This document shows positions 7,475 to 16,523 of a stretch of 64,000 nucleotides of DNA, one piece after another (the first letter of the stretch is position 1; each line of letters begins with the position of its first letter). The stretch comes from Myxococcota bacterium (GTDB taxonomy: Bacteria; Myxococcota_A; UBA796; SXON01), in the NCBI GenBank assembly GCA_040386535.1, contig JAZKFH010000003.1, forward strand, positions 1 through 64,000, in the 5' to 3' direction. The notes beneath the pieces are model-generated. The model did not search any database and was not told the DNA's origin. It saw only the letters and a program-made list of their open reading frames with translations. Made by a program: the position numbers and the translations under genes.

Positions 7475-10377
7475 TGCCTATCGAGCTGAAGCAGGAGGGG
7501 GCCGGCGAGCCCTGCCTCCGGGCATTCCTCGTTTGGATCCTCAACCGCAACGCCGTGCTCGGGGGGGCCACGGAGATCCGCATCCTGGGTCGGGCATCGG
7601 GGGTGTGGTCCGCCTTTGTCGGCCCGCGCGACGTGGACGCCCTGATGGGCGCCCTCCGTCTGGCCGCGGGAACCCGGCGGGCCGCGGTACCCCCGGGGGA
7701 ACATCCGCGAAGCGGCGAGGCGGGCATCTACTTCAGCCTCCAGGCAGTAGCCGCGACGGCTGCTCGGCCGATGGGACTCCCGCTCCGCCGGGTGTCCCGC
7801 GCCACGAAGGACCGCGACATCCACGCCTACTCGCTCCTGGTCGTCGACATCGACCCGGAGCGCCGGCCCCGCGACCGCTCTGCCACCGACGCGGAGAAGG
7901 CCGAAGCGTTCGCCGTCGCAGCACGGGTCGGTGCGTGGTTCCACGAGCACGGTGTCCGCCCGATGCTCGCCGACAGCGGCAACGGCTACCACCTGCTGGT
8001 CCCATTGGTGCCCGCATTTGGCGACGACGTTGCGCGGTACGCGCAGGCGTCGCGTCGGCTCCTGGCCCTGCTCGATGCCCGCTTCTCCACGGCTGGCGCC
8101 AAGGTCGACCGGTCCACGTTCAACCCGTCGCGCATCCTGAAGCTGTACGGGACGGTTGCCGTGAAGGGACCGCCCACGCCGGAGCACCCCCACCGCTTGG
8201 CCTCCATCGACCTTGACACCATCCCGGACGACGTGGACCTGTTCGAGCGGCTGGCCGTCGCGGAGGTCGATGTGGAGGCGCCCCCCGCGCCGGCGGCGTC
8301 CCCGCCGCGAACGGCCCGACCGAGCATCGCCGCGACACCGCCGTCGCCCGCCTGGACGGAATGGCGGCGCGCTGCGCTCGAGCGGCTGTCGCTCTCCGCG
8401 GTCTACGGCGACCTGCTCACCGGGAAGCCCTCGGGCGCCGGTTGGCTCCAGTGCCGTGACCCCTGGTCCGAGAGCGGAGATCGCAATCCGTCCGCAGGGG
8501 TAGCAGACGGCTCGGGTGAGGCCGAACGTGCCACGTTCCACTCCTTCGTCCGGGGGGAGTCGCTCTCCGTGTTCGACTTCCTCATCGGCAGGGGCCAGGC
8601 GGCAGACTTCCGGGTCGCCGCCGCCCGGGTGGCCGAGTTCTCTGGCGTGCCCATGCCGGGACCGCCTCCGATCGACTCCCTGGTCGCTACTTTCCATACC
8701 GCTTGGGGATCGGCCGCGGGGCCAGAAGCGCGCGCGGCGGCGATGCGCACCACTCTCCAGGCGCTCATCGCGCTTCCGGCAATCTCTCGCGAGCCCGCGC
8801 TGGAGGAGGTCCGCACGATCGCCGGCCTGACCGCCAGGACCTTCGAAGCGGCCATCGTGGAGGCGCGTCGGTACGCCCGGAGAGAGCGCAGCCAGGCGTC
8901 GCCCCCCTCCCGGCCCGGCCTGCCCGTCGTCGACTTCATCGAGAACCGCGATACCGTCGACGGGTTGTTCGACGCGCTCGTCGCGGCGATTGTCCCGGCC
9001 AACCGCTTCTTCCGCTTCGAACGCGACATCGTGTTCGTGCGCCGTGGATTCGGGCCGCGCGTCGTCGACGAACGCAGTCTCCCCGGCCTCCTCTCCGCTC
9101 TGGTGGAAATCCGCTACCTCTCCGCGACAGACGATGGCGTGTCGTTCCAGCGCTTCGACGTGCTCCCGTCGGACCTCTCCCGCGCCTTCGTTCACTCGCC
9201 ACGCGTGGCCGCGAAGCTGCCGGTGCTCACGATGTACGGACGGACACCCGTCTTCGACCGTCATTGGAGCTTCGTCGGGCGGCCCGGCTTCCACACGGCG
9301 AGTGGCATCTTCTACGACGGCCCGGAGGTGGTGCCGGTGGAGGGCGTGACCAGGCTCCTCTCGGTGGTGCAGGACTTCCCTTGGAAGGACGCCATCGACA
9401 TGGTGAACTTCATCGGCGCGCTGCTGACCTCACTGACGATGCCTCACTGGGGCCGGGGTCACCCCTTCCTCGCCATCAACGGCAACAAGCCTGGGGTCGG
9501 CAAGAGCACGCTCGCGCGTGTCCTCGGCGTGATGGCCGAGGGCACCGAGCCCACGACCGTCTCGTTCAGCGCAAACGAGGAGGAGTTCGAAAAGCAGCTC
9601 GCAACGCGAGTTGATGCCGGCGACCGCATCGTGGTCATCGACAACGCCAAGACCTCCCGGCCCATCGAGAGCCCCGTGTTGGAGCGCTGCATCACCGACA
9701 CGCGGCTGAACTTCCGGCGTCTCGGCGGCAACACTGCGATCACGCGGCCCATGAACGACGTGTTGTTCGTCGTCACCATGAACCTCACCCAGATGGGGGC
9801 GGACCTTCGGCGTCGCGCCTTGCCGTTGAACCTGGAGATCCCTGGGGACGTGCGACACTTCCCTTACCGGACGGACGACCCCGTAGGTGACGCGGTGGCC
9901 GCTCGCCTCGCCGTCGTGGCGGAGCTCGCGGGGATGGTGGAGGCGTGGCTTCGGGCCGGTCAACCGATGCCAGAGCAACCGGCCACGCACAGCACCAACC
10001 GGCGCTGGGCGGCCACGATGGATGCCATCCTGCGCGGGGTTGGCTTCGACGGCTTCCTCTCCAACTTCGCGGCCTCCGAGCACGCGTTCGACCCTGACTA
10101 CGATCTGGTCGTGGAGGTGTGCGCGGCGCACCACGCCGATGGGCCGCGGACGGCCGGCGATTGGGGAGCCCTGCTCGCTCGCGGCGTGCTCGCCGAGAAG
10201 CTCTCCGACGGCAAGGGGAACCTCCGCGCCGCGCGCGCCCAGGCCACCATCGTCGGGCAGCTCTTCACCGGGTACCTCGACGGCACGACCTTCCCTGTGG
10301 GGGACGCCCGCTACCGCTTGCGTCGCGACGAGCCGCGCAAGGGGCACCCGCCGCTTTACAGCTTCGAACCTGGGTAG
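7474..10377 (+). CDS. Primase (AEP/prim-pol-like) fused to a P-loop ATPase/helicase; replication protein of the element
   Basis: VVDIDPER, DSGNGYHLL and NPSRILKLYGT motifs; Walker A GNKPGVGKST, Walker B IVVIDN; TAATG coupling with upstream gene. Confidence 0.85.
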   Translation: MPIELKQEGAGEPCLRAFLVWILNRNAVLGGATEIRILGRASGVWSAFVGPRDVDALMGALRLAAGTRRAAVPPGEHPRSGEAGIYFSLQAVAATAARPMGLPLRRVSRATKDRDIHAYSLLVVDIDPERRPRDRSATDAEKAEAFAVAARVGAWFHEHGVRPMLADSGNGYHLLVPLVPAFGDDVARYAQASRRLLALLDARFSTAGAKVDRSTFNPSRILKLYGTVAVKGPPTPEHPHRLASIDLDTIPDDVDLFERLAVAEVDVEAPPAPAASPPRTARPSIAATPPSPAWTEWRRAALERLSLSAVYGDLLTGKPSGAGWLQCRDPWSESGDRNPSAGVADGSGEAERATFHSFVRGESLSVFDFLIGRGQAADFRVAAARVAEFSGVPMPGPPPIDSLVATFHTAWGSAAGPEARAAAMRTTLQALIALPAISREPALEEVRTIAGLTARTFEAAIVEARRYARRERSQASPPSRPGLPVVDFIENRDTVDGLFDALVAAIVPANRFFRFERDIVFVRRGFGPRVVDERSLPGLLSALVEIRYLSATDDGVSFQRFDVLPSDLSRAFVHSPRVAAKLPVLTMYGRTPVFDRHWSFVGRPGFHTASGIFYDGPEVVPVEGVTRLLSVVQDFPWKDAIDMVNFIGALLTSLTMPHWGRGHPFLAINGNKPGVGKSTLARVLGVMAEGTEPTTVSFSANEEEFEKQLATRVDAGDRIVVIDNAKTSRPIESPVLERCITDTRLNFRRLGGNTAITRPMNDVLFVVTMNLTQMGADLRRRALPLNLEIPGDVRHFPYRTDDPVGDAVAARLAVVAELAGMVEAWLRAGQPMPEQPATHSTNRRWAATMDAILRGVGFDGFLSNFAASEHAFDPDYDLVVEVCAAHHADGPRTAGDWGALLARGVLAEKLSDGKGNLRAARAQATIVGQLFTGYLDGTTFPVGDARYRLRRDEPRKGHPPLYSFEPG

Positions 10378-10473
10378 AGTGCGAACCCGCCCCTGATGAA
10401 CGGGTGGCGGGTTTCCAACCGGTTCCGATTATGTCAACTTGAACCGGCCCAACCCCTGGGCCCGGAGTTCAAC

Positions 10474-12033
10474 GTGCGCTACAGCAGTCGCGACCGCAGC
10501 CCCTCGAAGCCCACCCTGGTCGAGCCCCCCGCGCCCCCTCGTCGTCCCGCCGTCATGTACGCGCGCGTCTCCTCCCGCGACCAGGAGCGTGAGGGCTTCT
10601 CGATCCCCGCGCAGCAGAAGCTGCTCCGGGAGTACGCCGCCGATCGCGGGTTCCACATCCTCGAAGAGTTCGTCGACGTGGAGACCGCCAAGCGGACGGG
10701 CCGCGTCCACTTCCAGCGGATGCTCGCCTACGTCCGCAAAAGGCACCAGAACCCGCCCGCCGTGCTCGTCGAGAAGACCGACCGCCTGTACCGCAACCTG
10801 AAGGACTGGGTCACGGTCGACGAGATGAAGACCGAGATCCACCTGGTGAAGGAGAACATCGTCGTCTCCGAGGACTCGCGGTCCTCCGAGAAATTCATGC
10901 ACGGCATCAAGGTGCTGATGGCCAAGAACTACGTCGACAACCTCTCGGAGGAGGTCAAGAAGGGCATGTTCATGAAGGCCGAGGAGGGGTACTGGCCGAG
11001 CGTGGCCCCCTTCGGGTACCTGAACCGGCGCGACGGGGACAAGAGCTTCATCGTCCCCGACCCGGAGCGCGCCGTCCTCGTGCGCAACCTGTTCGACCTG
11101 TACGACCGCGGCCAGCACTCCATCCAGGATCTTGCCGCTTACTCGAAGAACTACAACCTGACCGGGCGTCGCGGGGGCAAGCTCAACCCTAGCGCTCTGC
11201 ACATCATCCTCCGGAACCCCATCTACGCGGGCGAGTTCCGCTTCGCGGGTACCATCTACCGGGGCAAGGATCCCACCCTCGTGACACGCGAGCTGTGGCA
11301 ACGCGTGCAGGACCGCCTCGACGGGTTCCCGGACACCCGGCCCGCCCCGCGCAACTTCGTCTACCAGGGGCTGATGACCTGCGGGTGCGGGGCCACCATC
11401 ACCGCCGAGATGAAGAAGAAGAAGTACACCTACTACCGCTGCGCGCAGCTCTGCGAGCTGTCCTCCTACGTGCGCGAGGAGCGCATCACCGAGCAGTTCG
11501 CCCATGTGGTGGTCAAGGGGCTCCAACTCCCGCCCGACAAGCTCGCGTTCGCCACGCGCGCGCTGAAGGCGTCCCGCGTCGACGTCGTGCGCGAGACCAC
11601 GATCCGCCTCGCCGACGCACGCGCCCGCTACGACCGCCTCCGCCGCATGCTCGACAAGGCCTACGAGGACAAGCTCGAGGGCCGCGTTGACGAGGCCTTC
11701 TTCGCCCGCAAGCGCCTGGAGTGGGAGGACGGGATGCAGTCCGCGCACGAGGACATCGAGCGGTACGCCCGGGTGGACCACAAGGTCATGGATACGGCCC
11801 TGGAGGTCTTAGAACTCGTAAGTTCGGCGTACGACCTGTATCTCACCAAAGAGCCGTCGCAACAGAGGAAGCTGCTCAATCTGCTGCTTTCGAACTGCGA
11901 ATTGCGCTCGGGCACCGTGGTGCCGACCTACCGGAAACCCTTCGATGCACTTGCAGAACTCGCGAGCGCCAAAAACGAAGATGGCGCAGAATCCCTCGGG
12001 GGGACCCTGCGCCATCCAGTATGGTCGGGGTGA
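10474..12033 (+). CDS. Large serine recombinase (integrase) with resolvase, recombinase and Zn-ribbon domains
   Basis: YARVSS catalytic motif, EKTDRLYRN, APFGY, ILRNPIYAG, CGCG...YYRC; GTG at 10474 has a GGAG RBS (ATG 10555 is an alternative). Confidence 0.95.
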   Translation: MRYSSRDRSPSKPTLVEPPAPPRRPAVMYARVSSRDQEREGFSIPAQQKLLREYAADRGFHILEEFVDVETAKRTGRVHFQRMLAYVRKRHQNPPAVLVEKTDRLYRNLKDWVTVDEMKTEIHLVKENIVVSEDSRSSEKFMHGIKVLMAKNYVDNLSEEVKKGMFMKAEEGYWPSVAPFGYLNRRDGDKSFIVPDPERAVLVRNLFDLYDRGQHSIQDLAAYSKNYNLTGRRGGKLNPSALHIILRNPIYAGEFRFAGTIYRGKDPTLVTRELWQRVQDRLDGFPDTRPAPRNFVYQGLMTCGCGATITAEMKKKKYTYYRCAQLCELSSYVREERITEQFAHVVVKGLQLPPDKLAFATRALKASRVDVVRETTIRLADARARYDRLRRMLDKAYEDKLEGRVDEAFFARKRLEWEDGMQSAHEDIERYARVDHKVMDTALEVLELVSSAYDLYLTKEPSQQRKLLNLLLSNCELRSGTVVPTYRKPFDALAELASAKNEDGAESLGGTLRHPVWSG

Positions 12034-12098
12034 CTGGATTCGAACCAGCGACCACCTGAACCCCATTCAGGTGCGCTACCAGGCTGCGCTACACCCCG
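12022..12098 (-). tRNA. tRNA-Pro (anticodon GGG)
   Basis: Reverse complement CGGGGTGTAGCGCAGCCTGGTAGCGCACCTGAATGGGGTTCAGGTGGTCGCTGGTTCGAATCCAGTCACCCCGACCA; cloverleaf with CCA end. Confidence 0.97.
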
Positions 12099-12107
12099 GA
12101 CGCAGAC

Positions 12108-12135
12108 ATTCTATCCCGTCAGCCCTTGGCGTCAA
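12108..12135 (-). promoter_or_regulatory. Sigma70-type promoter of tRNA-Pro
   Basis: TTGACG-N16-TAGAAT on the minus strand just upstream of the tRNA; the -35 lies inside an AGCCCTTG/CAAGGGCT inverted repeat. Confidence 0.7.
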
Positions 12136-12145
12136 GGGCTGTGCT

Positions 12146-12499
12146 TCACTCCTCTGCAAGCTCGGTGCTCAGACGAGCGATGCCCGCGCGCAGCTCGCGC
12201 ACGCGACGGAGGGCATCCTTCAGCGTGTCGCGGTCGACACCCATGCCCTTGGGAGACTCGGAGCCCTCGAGCAGCACCTTGCGGGCGCCGGCGATGGTGA
12301 ACCCCTCTTCGTGCAGGAGCTGACGCACGCGTAGGAAACGCGCGAGGTCGCTCTTGCGATACAAGCGTTGGCCCGAGCTCGACCGGTGGGGCCGGAGCTT
12401 GAACTCGGTCTCCCAATAGCGGAGCACGTGGGCTTCCACCCCGACCAGCTCCGCCACCTCACCAATGCGGAAGTAGAGCTTATCGGGGATGTCGGCCAC
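12146..12499 (-). CDS. MerR family transcriptional regulator
   Basis: [30 protein letters not shown]; conserved ihfA-merR-tRNA-Pro context. Confidence 0.93.
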   Translation of the reverse strand: MADIPDKLYFRIGEVAELVGVEAHVLRYWETEFKLRPHRSSSGQRLYRKSDLARFLRVRQLLHEEGFTIAGARKVLLEGSESPKGMGVDRDTLKDALRRVRELRAGIARLSTELAEE

Positions 12500-12502
12500 G
12501 GA

Positions 12503-12829
12503 TTAGCCTTCGGACCGGCCGGTGTTGAGCGACTGGCGCAGCACCTGCGAGGGCTTGAAGGTGAGGACGCGCCGCTTCGGGATGACGATGGCGGCGGTGG
12601 TCTGCGGGTTGCGGCCACGACGGGGCGACTTGGATCGCACCATGAAGCTGCCGAAGCCGCTGATCTTGATGTTCTCGCCGGCCTCGAGGGTCTCCTTCAT
12701 GCTGTCCAGGACAGCTTCGAGGAGATCTCCGCTCTCGGTCCAGCCCAGGCCCGTGAGCTGGCGGACACGCTCGACCACCTCGGCCTTCGTGACCGTACGC
12801 GCGCGTTGCCGCTTCTCAGTGCCCGCCAT
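12503..12829 (-). CDS. ihfA: Integration host factor subunit alpha
   Basis: TKAE...IKISGFGSF.VR.K..RRGRNPQT...RRVLTFKPS; synteny. Confidence 0.9.
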   Translation of the reverse strand: MAGTEKRQRARTVTKAEVVERVRQLTGLGWTESGDLLEAVLDSMKETLEAGENIKISGFGSFMVRSKSPRRGRNPQTTAAIVIPKRRVLTFKPSQVLRQSLNTGRSEG

Positions 12830-12831
12830 GG

Positions 12832-13302
12832 CTACTCCTCGGATGCGACTTCCTCGTACAGGAAGAACGTCAGCGTGTCGGTTCGCTGCTCACCGTCCTC
12901 ACCTTGGGACTCGAGCTCGAACACCCAGTACCCCTCGCCCGCGCTGTCACGTTCGAGATCGTATTCGTCTTCGCCGCGGTCACCACTGTCCGTGCGGACG
13001 GTGACGCGGTCGACATCCTCGGCGTACTCTTCGGTGATGTCGACCATCACCGTGTGAATGGTGCCGACCGGGCCCGCCGAGGGCGAGACCGTACCGGTGC
13101 CAATCTCCACCGCGCCGGTGCTGCTCGTGAGCACCACCGCCGCAGATTCGGGGACCTCGGTGACACCGTCGTCCGCGAGGACGAAACGGGTGTCAGAACC
13201 CACGTCAACGGAGACGCTCTGGTCGTCCCCGTTGTACTGGGTATACGTCACGTCGTCCGACTCGACGCAGGCGGACAGCAGCGTGAGAGCGACGACGTAC
13301 AT
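12832..13302 (-). CDS. Acidic hypothetical lipoprotein
   Basis: Signal peptide ending LLSAC; tightly packed between rplT and ihfA. Confidence 0.8.
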   Translation of the reverse strand: MYVVALTLLSACVESDDVTYTQYNGDDQSVSVDVGSDTRFVLADDGVTEVPESAAVVLTSSTGAVEIGTGTVSPSAGPVGTIHTVMVDITEEYAEDVDRVTVRTDSGDRGEDEYDLERDSAGEGYWVFELESQGEDGEQRTDTLTFFLYEEVASEE

Positions 13303-13306
13303 CGAT

Positions 13307-13663
13307 CTACGCAGCCTGGGCGGCCTGCACCGTCTTGACGACGGCGGCGAAGCCGGCCGGATCGTTGAGGGCGAGGTCAGCGAGGATCTTGCGGTCGAGC
13401 GTGACGTTCGCGAGCTTCATCTGGTGGATGAAGCGGCTGTACGTGATGCCGGAGGCGCGGAGCGCCGCGTTGATGCGGACGATCCAGAGAGCGCGGAAGA
13501 GGCGCTTCTTCTCCTTGCGGCCGCGGAACGCGAACCGCTTCGCGCGGTCCGAGTGCTCCATCGCCTGGCGGAGGCGCTGGCGGCCGAGGAAGAAGCCCTT
13601 GACCCGCTTGTAGAGGCGGTTCTTGCGGACGCGAGAAATACCAGCGCGCTTTACACGTGCCAT
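13307..13663 (-). CDS. rplT: 50S ribosomal protein L20
   Basis: MARVKR...KKRLFRALWIVRINAA...YSRFI...LDRKILADLA. Confidence 0.97.
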   Translation of the reverse strand: MARVKRAGISRVRKNRLYKRVKGFFLGRQRLRQAMEHSDRAKRFAFRGRKEKKRLFRALWIVRINAALRASGITYSRFIHQMKLANVTLDRKILADLALNDPAGFAAVVKTVQAAQAA

Positions 13664-13755
13664 CTTGAGACTCCTTGAGTGTGACCGGTTCCCAGCAGCT
13701 GCTCGTCAGGGTTGACGAAGCGGGCGGCGGTAGCGGCGGAGGGGAGAGAACGATT

Positions 13756-13956
13756 CTAGAACTTGTAGGGGATCAGGCGGGCGACGTTGGCGTGGTCGCA
13801 ATCCTTGATGTACCCGGTCTTCTCGAGGTTCCGCTTCGTGTCCTTCGAGACGTGCTCGAGGCAGTGGCGGAGACCGCGCTTCTTGTACTTGATCTTGCCC
13901 GTACCCGTGACGGAGAAACGCTTCGCCGCGGCACGGTTGGTCTTCATCTTCGGCAT
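13756..13956 (-). CDS. rpmI: 50S ribosomal protein L35
   Basis: MPKMKTNRAAAKRF..TGTGK. Confidence 0.97.
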   Translation of the reverse strand: MPKMKTNRAAAKRFSVTGTGKIKYKKRGLRHCLEHVSKDTKRNLEKTGYIKDCDHANVARLIPYKF

Positions 13957-13972
13957 CTCGGCTCCGTGAAAC

Positions 13973-14530
13973 TTAGGACTTCTTCTTGCCGGGGGCGAGC
14001 AGCATGATCATCTGCCGACCATCCATACGCGGGGGCATCTCGACGATGGCCGCGTCGACCAGCATGTCCGCCAACTTGCGGCACTGGCTCTCGCCGATGT
14101 CGCGGTGGGCGATCTCGCGACCGCGAAAGCGGACGGTGACCTTGACCTTGTCGCCGTCTTCGAGGAAGCGGCGCACGGCGCGCTCCTTCACGTCGAAGTC
14201 GTGGTCGTCCGTCTTGGGGCGGAGCTTGATCTCCTTGACCTCGACGATGACCTGGTTCTTGCGGGTCTGAGCGTCCCGCTTCTTCTTTTCGTACTTGAGC
14301 TTGCCGAAGTCCGTGATGCGACAGACGGGCGGACGCGCCATCGGCGCGACCTCCACGAGGTCCAACCCGCGCTCACGCGCGAGGGCCATCGCGTCCTCGG
14401 TGAGGAACTCGCCGAGCTTCTGGCCTTCCTCATCGACGACGAGAACCCGCGGGACGCGGATCCGCTCGTTGACGCGGGGCTCGTTTCGTTCAGGGACCAG
14501 GTTCTGATCGCGCCGAGGGGGACTCCGCAA
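13973..14530 (-). CDS. infC: Translation initiation factor IF-3
   Basis: RVNERIR, LDLVEVAP.ARPPVCRI.DFGK, KEIKLRP, FRGRE; non-ATG (TTG) start. Confidence 0.97.
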   Translation of the reverse strand: MRSPPRRDQNLVPERNEPRVNERIRVPRVLVVDEEGQKLGEFLTEDAMALARERGLDLVEVAPMARPPVCRITDFGKLKYEKKKRDAQTRKNQVIVEVKEIKLRPKTDDHDFDVKERAVRRFLEDGDKVKVTVRFRGREIAHRDIGESQCRKLADMLVDAAIVEMPPRMDGRQMIMLLAPGKKKS

Positions 14531-14598
14531 TTACTCTCCGGATTCGAGCTGTTCTCTGGGGTTCGTCGGCAGGGCGTACCCACGTCCGCGAACGGCGA

Positions 14599-14627
14599 AT
14601 GCTAATAACGAAAGGCGGGCGCGTCAA
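14599..14627 (-). promoter_or_regulatory. Sigma70-type promoter of the infC-rpmI-rplT operon
   Basis: TTGACG-N17-TAGCAT on the minus strand. Confidence 0.65.
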
Positions 14628-14641
14628 TGACGCGCCCGCCT
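14605..14641 (-). terminator. Intrinsic terminator after tRNA-Val
   Basis: 14-bp inverted repeat 14613-14641 followed on the minus strand by TTCGTTATT. Confidence 0.7.
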
Positions 14642-14656
14642 ATACCTGTTGGGGGA

Positions 14657-14731
14657 TGGTAGGCACGGCCGGGCTTGAACCGGCGACCCCCGCCGTGTCA
14701 GAGCGGTGCTCTACCACTGAGCTACGTGCCT
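14657..14731 (-). tRNA. tRNA-Val (anticodon GAC)
   Basis: Reverse complement AGGCACGTAGCTCAGTGGTAGAGCACCGCTCTGACACGGCGGGGGTCGCCGGTTCAAGCCCGGCCGTGCCTACCA. Confidence 0.97.
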
Positions 14732-15375
14732 TCAGGTGCACCCCTATTAACAGAACGGCCTGCGGCGTCAAGGAGCCGACGCACCACAATCTCACCAAGA
14801 GTCGCCGCGGCCGTCGCCGGGGTCGGGGCGGTGGGCACGAGACGGGCAAGCGTGATGACGCCGCCGTCGCGGATTCCACAGGGCGTGATGAGGCCGAAGC
14901 CGCGCAGGTCGTTGACGAGGTTCAGGGCGAACCCGTGCAGTGTCAGGCCCGAGCGGAAGTGCAAGCCGATGGCGCAGATCTTGTCGGTGCCGACCCACAC
15001 GCCGGGGTAGCCCTCCCGCGGCCCCGCCACGACCCCCTGCGTCCCGAGCCACTCGACGATCGCCTCCTCCAGGGCGGCCACCGTGCGCCGCACACCGATG
15101 TCCCGCGCGTCGATGAGCACGTACCCGACGAGCTGGCCGGGCTCGTGGCAGGTGGCGAACCCGCCGCGCTCGGTCGCCACCAGCGCGTACCCACCGTCAG
15201 CGATCGCGCCGGGATCGAGGTCGTCCACGCCGCGCCGCCCCGTGGTGATGACCGGGTCGTGCTCCAGGAGCCAGACCTCCTCCCCTGCCCTCCCCTCGGC
15301 CAGCGCGTCCCGGTGCGCCCGCTGCGCCGCGAGCGCCTCGGCGTACGGCACCCGCCCGAGCCAGCGCCAGCGCAT
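14722..15375 (-). CDS. lipB: Lipoyl(octanoyl) transferase LipB
   Basis: LLEHDPVITTGR, RGGFATCHEPGQLVGY, KICAIGL, HGFALN, PCGI; ATG at 15375 coupled to upstream TGA. Confidence 0.93.
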   Translation of the reverse strand: MRWRWLGRVPYAEALAAQRAHRDALAEGRAGEEVWLLEHDPVITTGRRGVDDLDPGAIADGGYALVATERGGFATCHEPGQLVGYVLIDARDIGVRRTVAALEEAIVEWLGTQGVVAGPREGYPGVWVGTDKICAIGLHFRSGLTLHGFALNLVNDLRGFGLITPCGIRDGGVITLARLVPTAPTPATAAATLGEIVVRRLLDAAGRSVNRGAPEGT

Positions 15376-16523
15376 CACCCGAGGTACGTCCGGCTCTGGC
15401 GATACGTCTGGAGCACATGGGCTCCGACGACGGCGAGCGCGGCGGTCACCGGGAGGGCCACCACGAGGCCCCAGACACCCAGGATGTTGCCGGCGACGAT
15501 GAGGGCGATCATCACGACCATGGGGTGCAGCCCCACACGATCTCCGACGAGCGACGGCGTCAGGAACATGTTCTCCAGCAGCTGGCCGAGGCCGAAGGTC
15601 GCGGCGACCACCATCACGTGCCAGTCGAAGCCGAACTGGATCAGGGCGAGGCCGATCGAGAGGCCCGCGCCGATCATCGGGCCGATGTAGGGCAGGAGGA
15701 AGAGCAGGCCCGATAGGAGCCCCATCGTCACCGCGAGATCGATGCCGGAGACGAGCAGCCCGACGGTGTAGAGCACCGCGAGGATCACCGCCACGAGCAG
15801 CTGCCCCTTGAGCCAGGAGCCGATCCGCCCGTCGATCTCGACCGCGAGGGTCCGCACGACCGGCCGGTGCTGAACGGGGACCAGGTCGTCCACCCAGGTC
15901 ACGATGAGCGGCCAGTCGCGCAGCAGGTAGAAGGTGAACACCGGCAACAACGACACGGTGAGCACCGACAACACGACGTCGAGGCCGCCGCCCGCGAGCC
16001 GGCCGAGCCAGTCCTGGATGCTCTTGCGCGCGTCCGGCGAGAGCTTCTGGAGGTAGCCGGGGATCTCGCTCGCGAAGGCGCGCAGATCGGTTGGGAGCAC
16101 CACGCCGAAGCGCGTCTCCACCTGGTCGAGGAAGGGGCCCACGCGCCCCGACACGCCGTTCAGGTAGGGGGACACCTCGGCGCCCACCTCGCTGATCTTG
16201 CTGGCGAGGCCGGGCACCACGATCCCGACGGCGATGAGCACCGCCGCGGTCAAGAGGCCGCCGATCGCCACGATCGCGCCCTCCCGCGAGTAGCCGCGGG
16301 CCTGGAGACGACCGACCAGCGGATCGACGAGGTACGCGAGGACGGCCGACGCGATGAGCACGGAGAGCAGCGAGCCCGTGAGGTACACGAGCAGCGCGAT
16401 GATGCCGACGAACGCGAGCCCCCAGCGCAGGCGGCTGCCCCAGCCGACCTGGGGAAGCGCCGGCGGGCGGCGGGCGGCGAGCACCTGGGTGCCGGCCGAG
16501 GAGTGGGCGCCGCGGCGGATCAC
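15375..16523 (-). CDS. AI-2E family transporter
   Basis: Multi-TM; LAYLVDPLV, LPYIGP, ENMFLTP.LVG.RVGLHP. Confidence 0.92.
   Translation of the reverse strand: MIRRGAHSSAGTQVLAARRPPALPQVGWGSRLRWGLAFVGIIALLVYLTGSLLSVLIASAVLAYLVDPLVGRLQARGYSREGAIVAIGGLLTAAVLIAVGIVVPGLASKISEVGAEVSPYLNGVSGRVGPFLDQVETRFGVVLPTDLRAFASEIPGYLQKLSPDARKSIQDWLGRLAGGGLDVVLSVLTVSLLPVFTFYLLRDWPLIVTWVDDLVPVQHRPVVRTLAVEIDGRIGSWLKGQLLVAVILAVLYTVGLLVSGIDLAVTMGLLSGLLFLLPYIGPMIGAGLSIGLALIQFGFDWHVMVVAATFGLGQLLENMFLTPSLVGDRVGLHPMVVMIALIVAGNILGVWGLVVALPVTAALAVVGAHVLQTYRQSRTYLG

Larger units (their letters stand above)
1..12033. mobile_element. Integrative element (prophage-, satellite- or ICE-like), right-hand part, inserted at the 3' end of tRNA-Pro(GGG); left boundary lies outside the window
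   Basis: Large serine recombinase runs into the tRNA 3' end; primase-ATPase, Bro-N gene, orphan ORFs and iteron-like arrays; housekeeping synteny resumes right after the tRNA. Confidence 0.85.

Noticed and set aside
13664..13755. L20 leader-like RNA between rpmI and rplT
   Set aside because: Only a short TCGTCA/TGACGA hairpin is visible; cannot be supported without a covariance model
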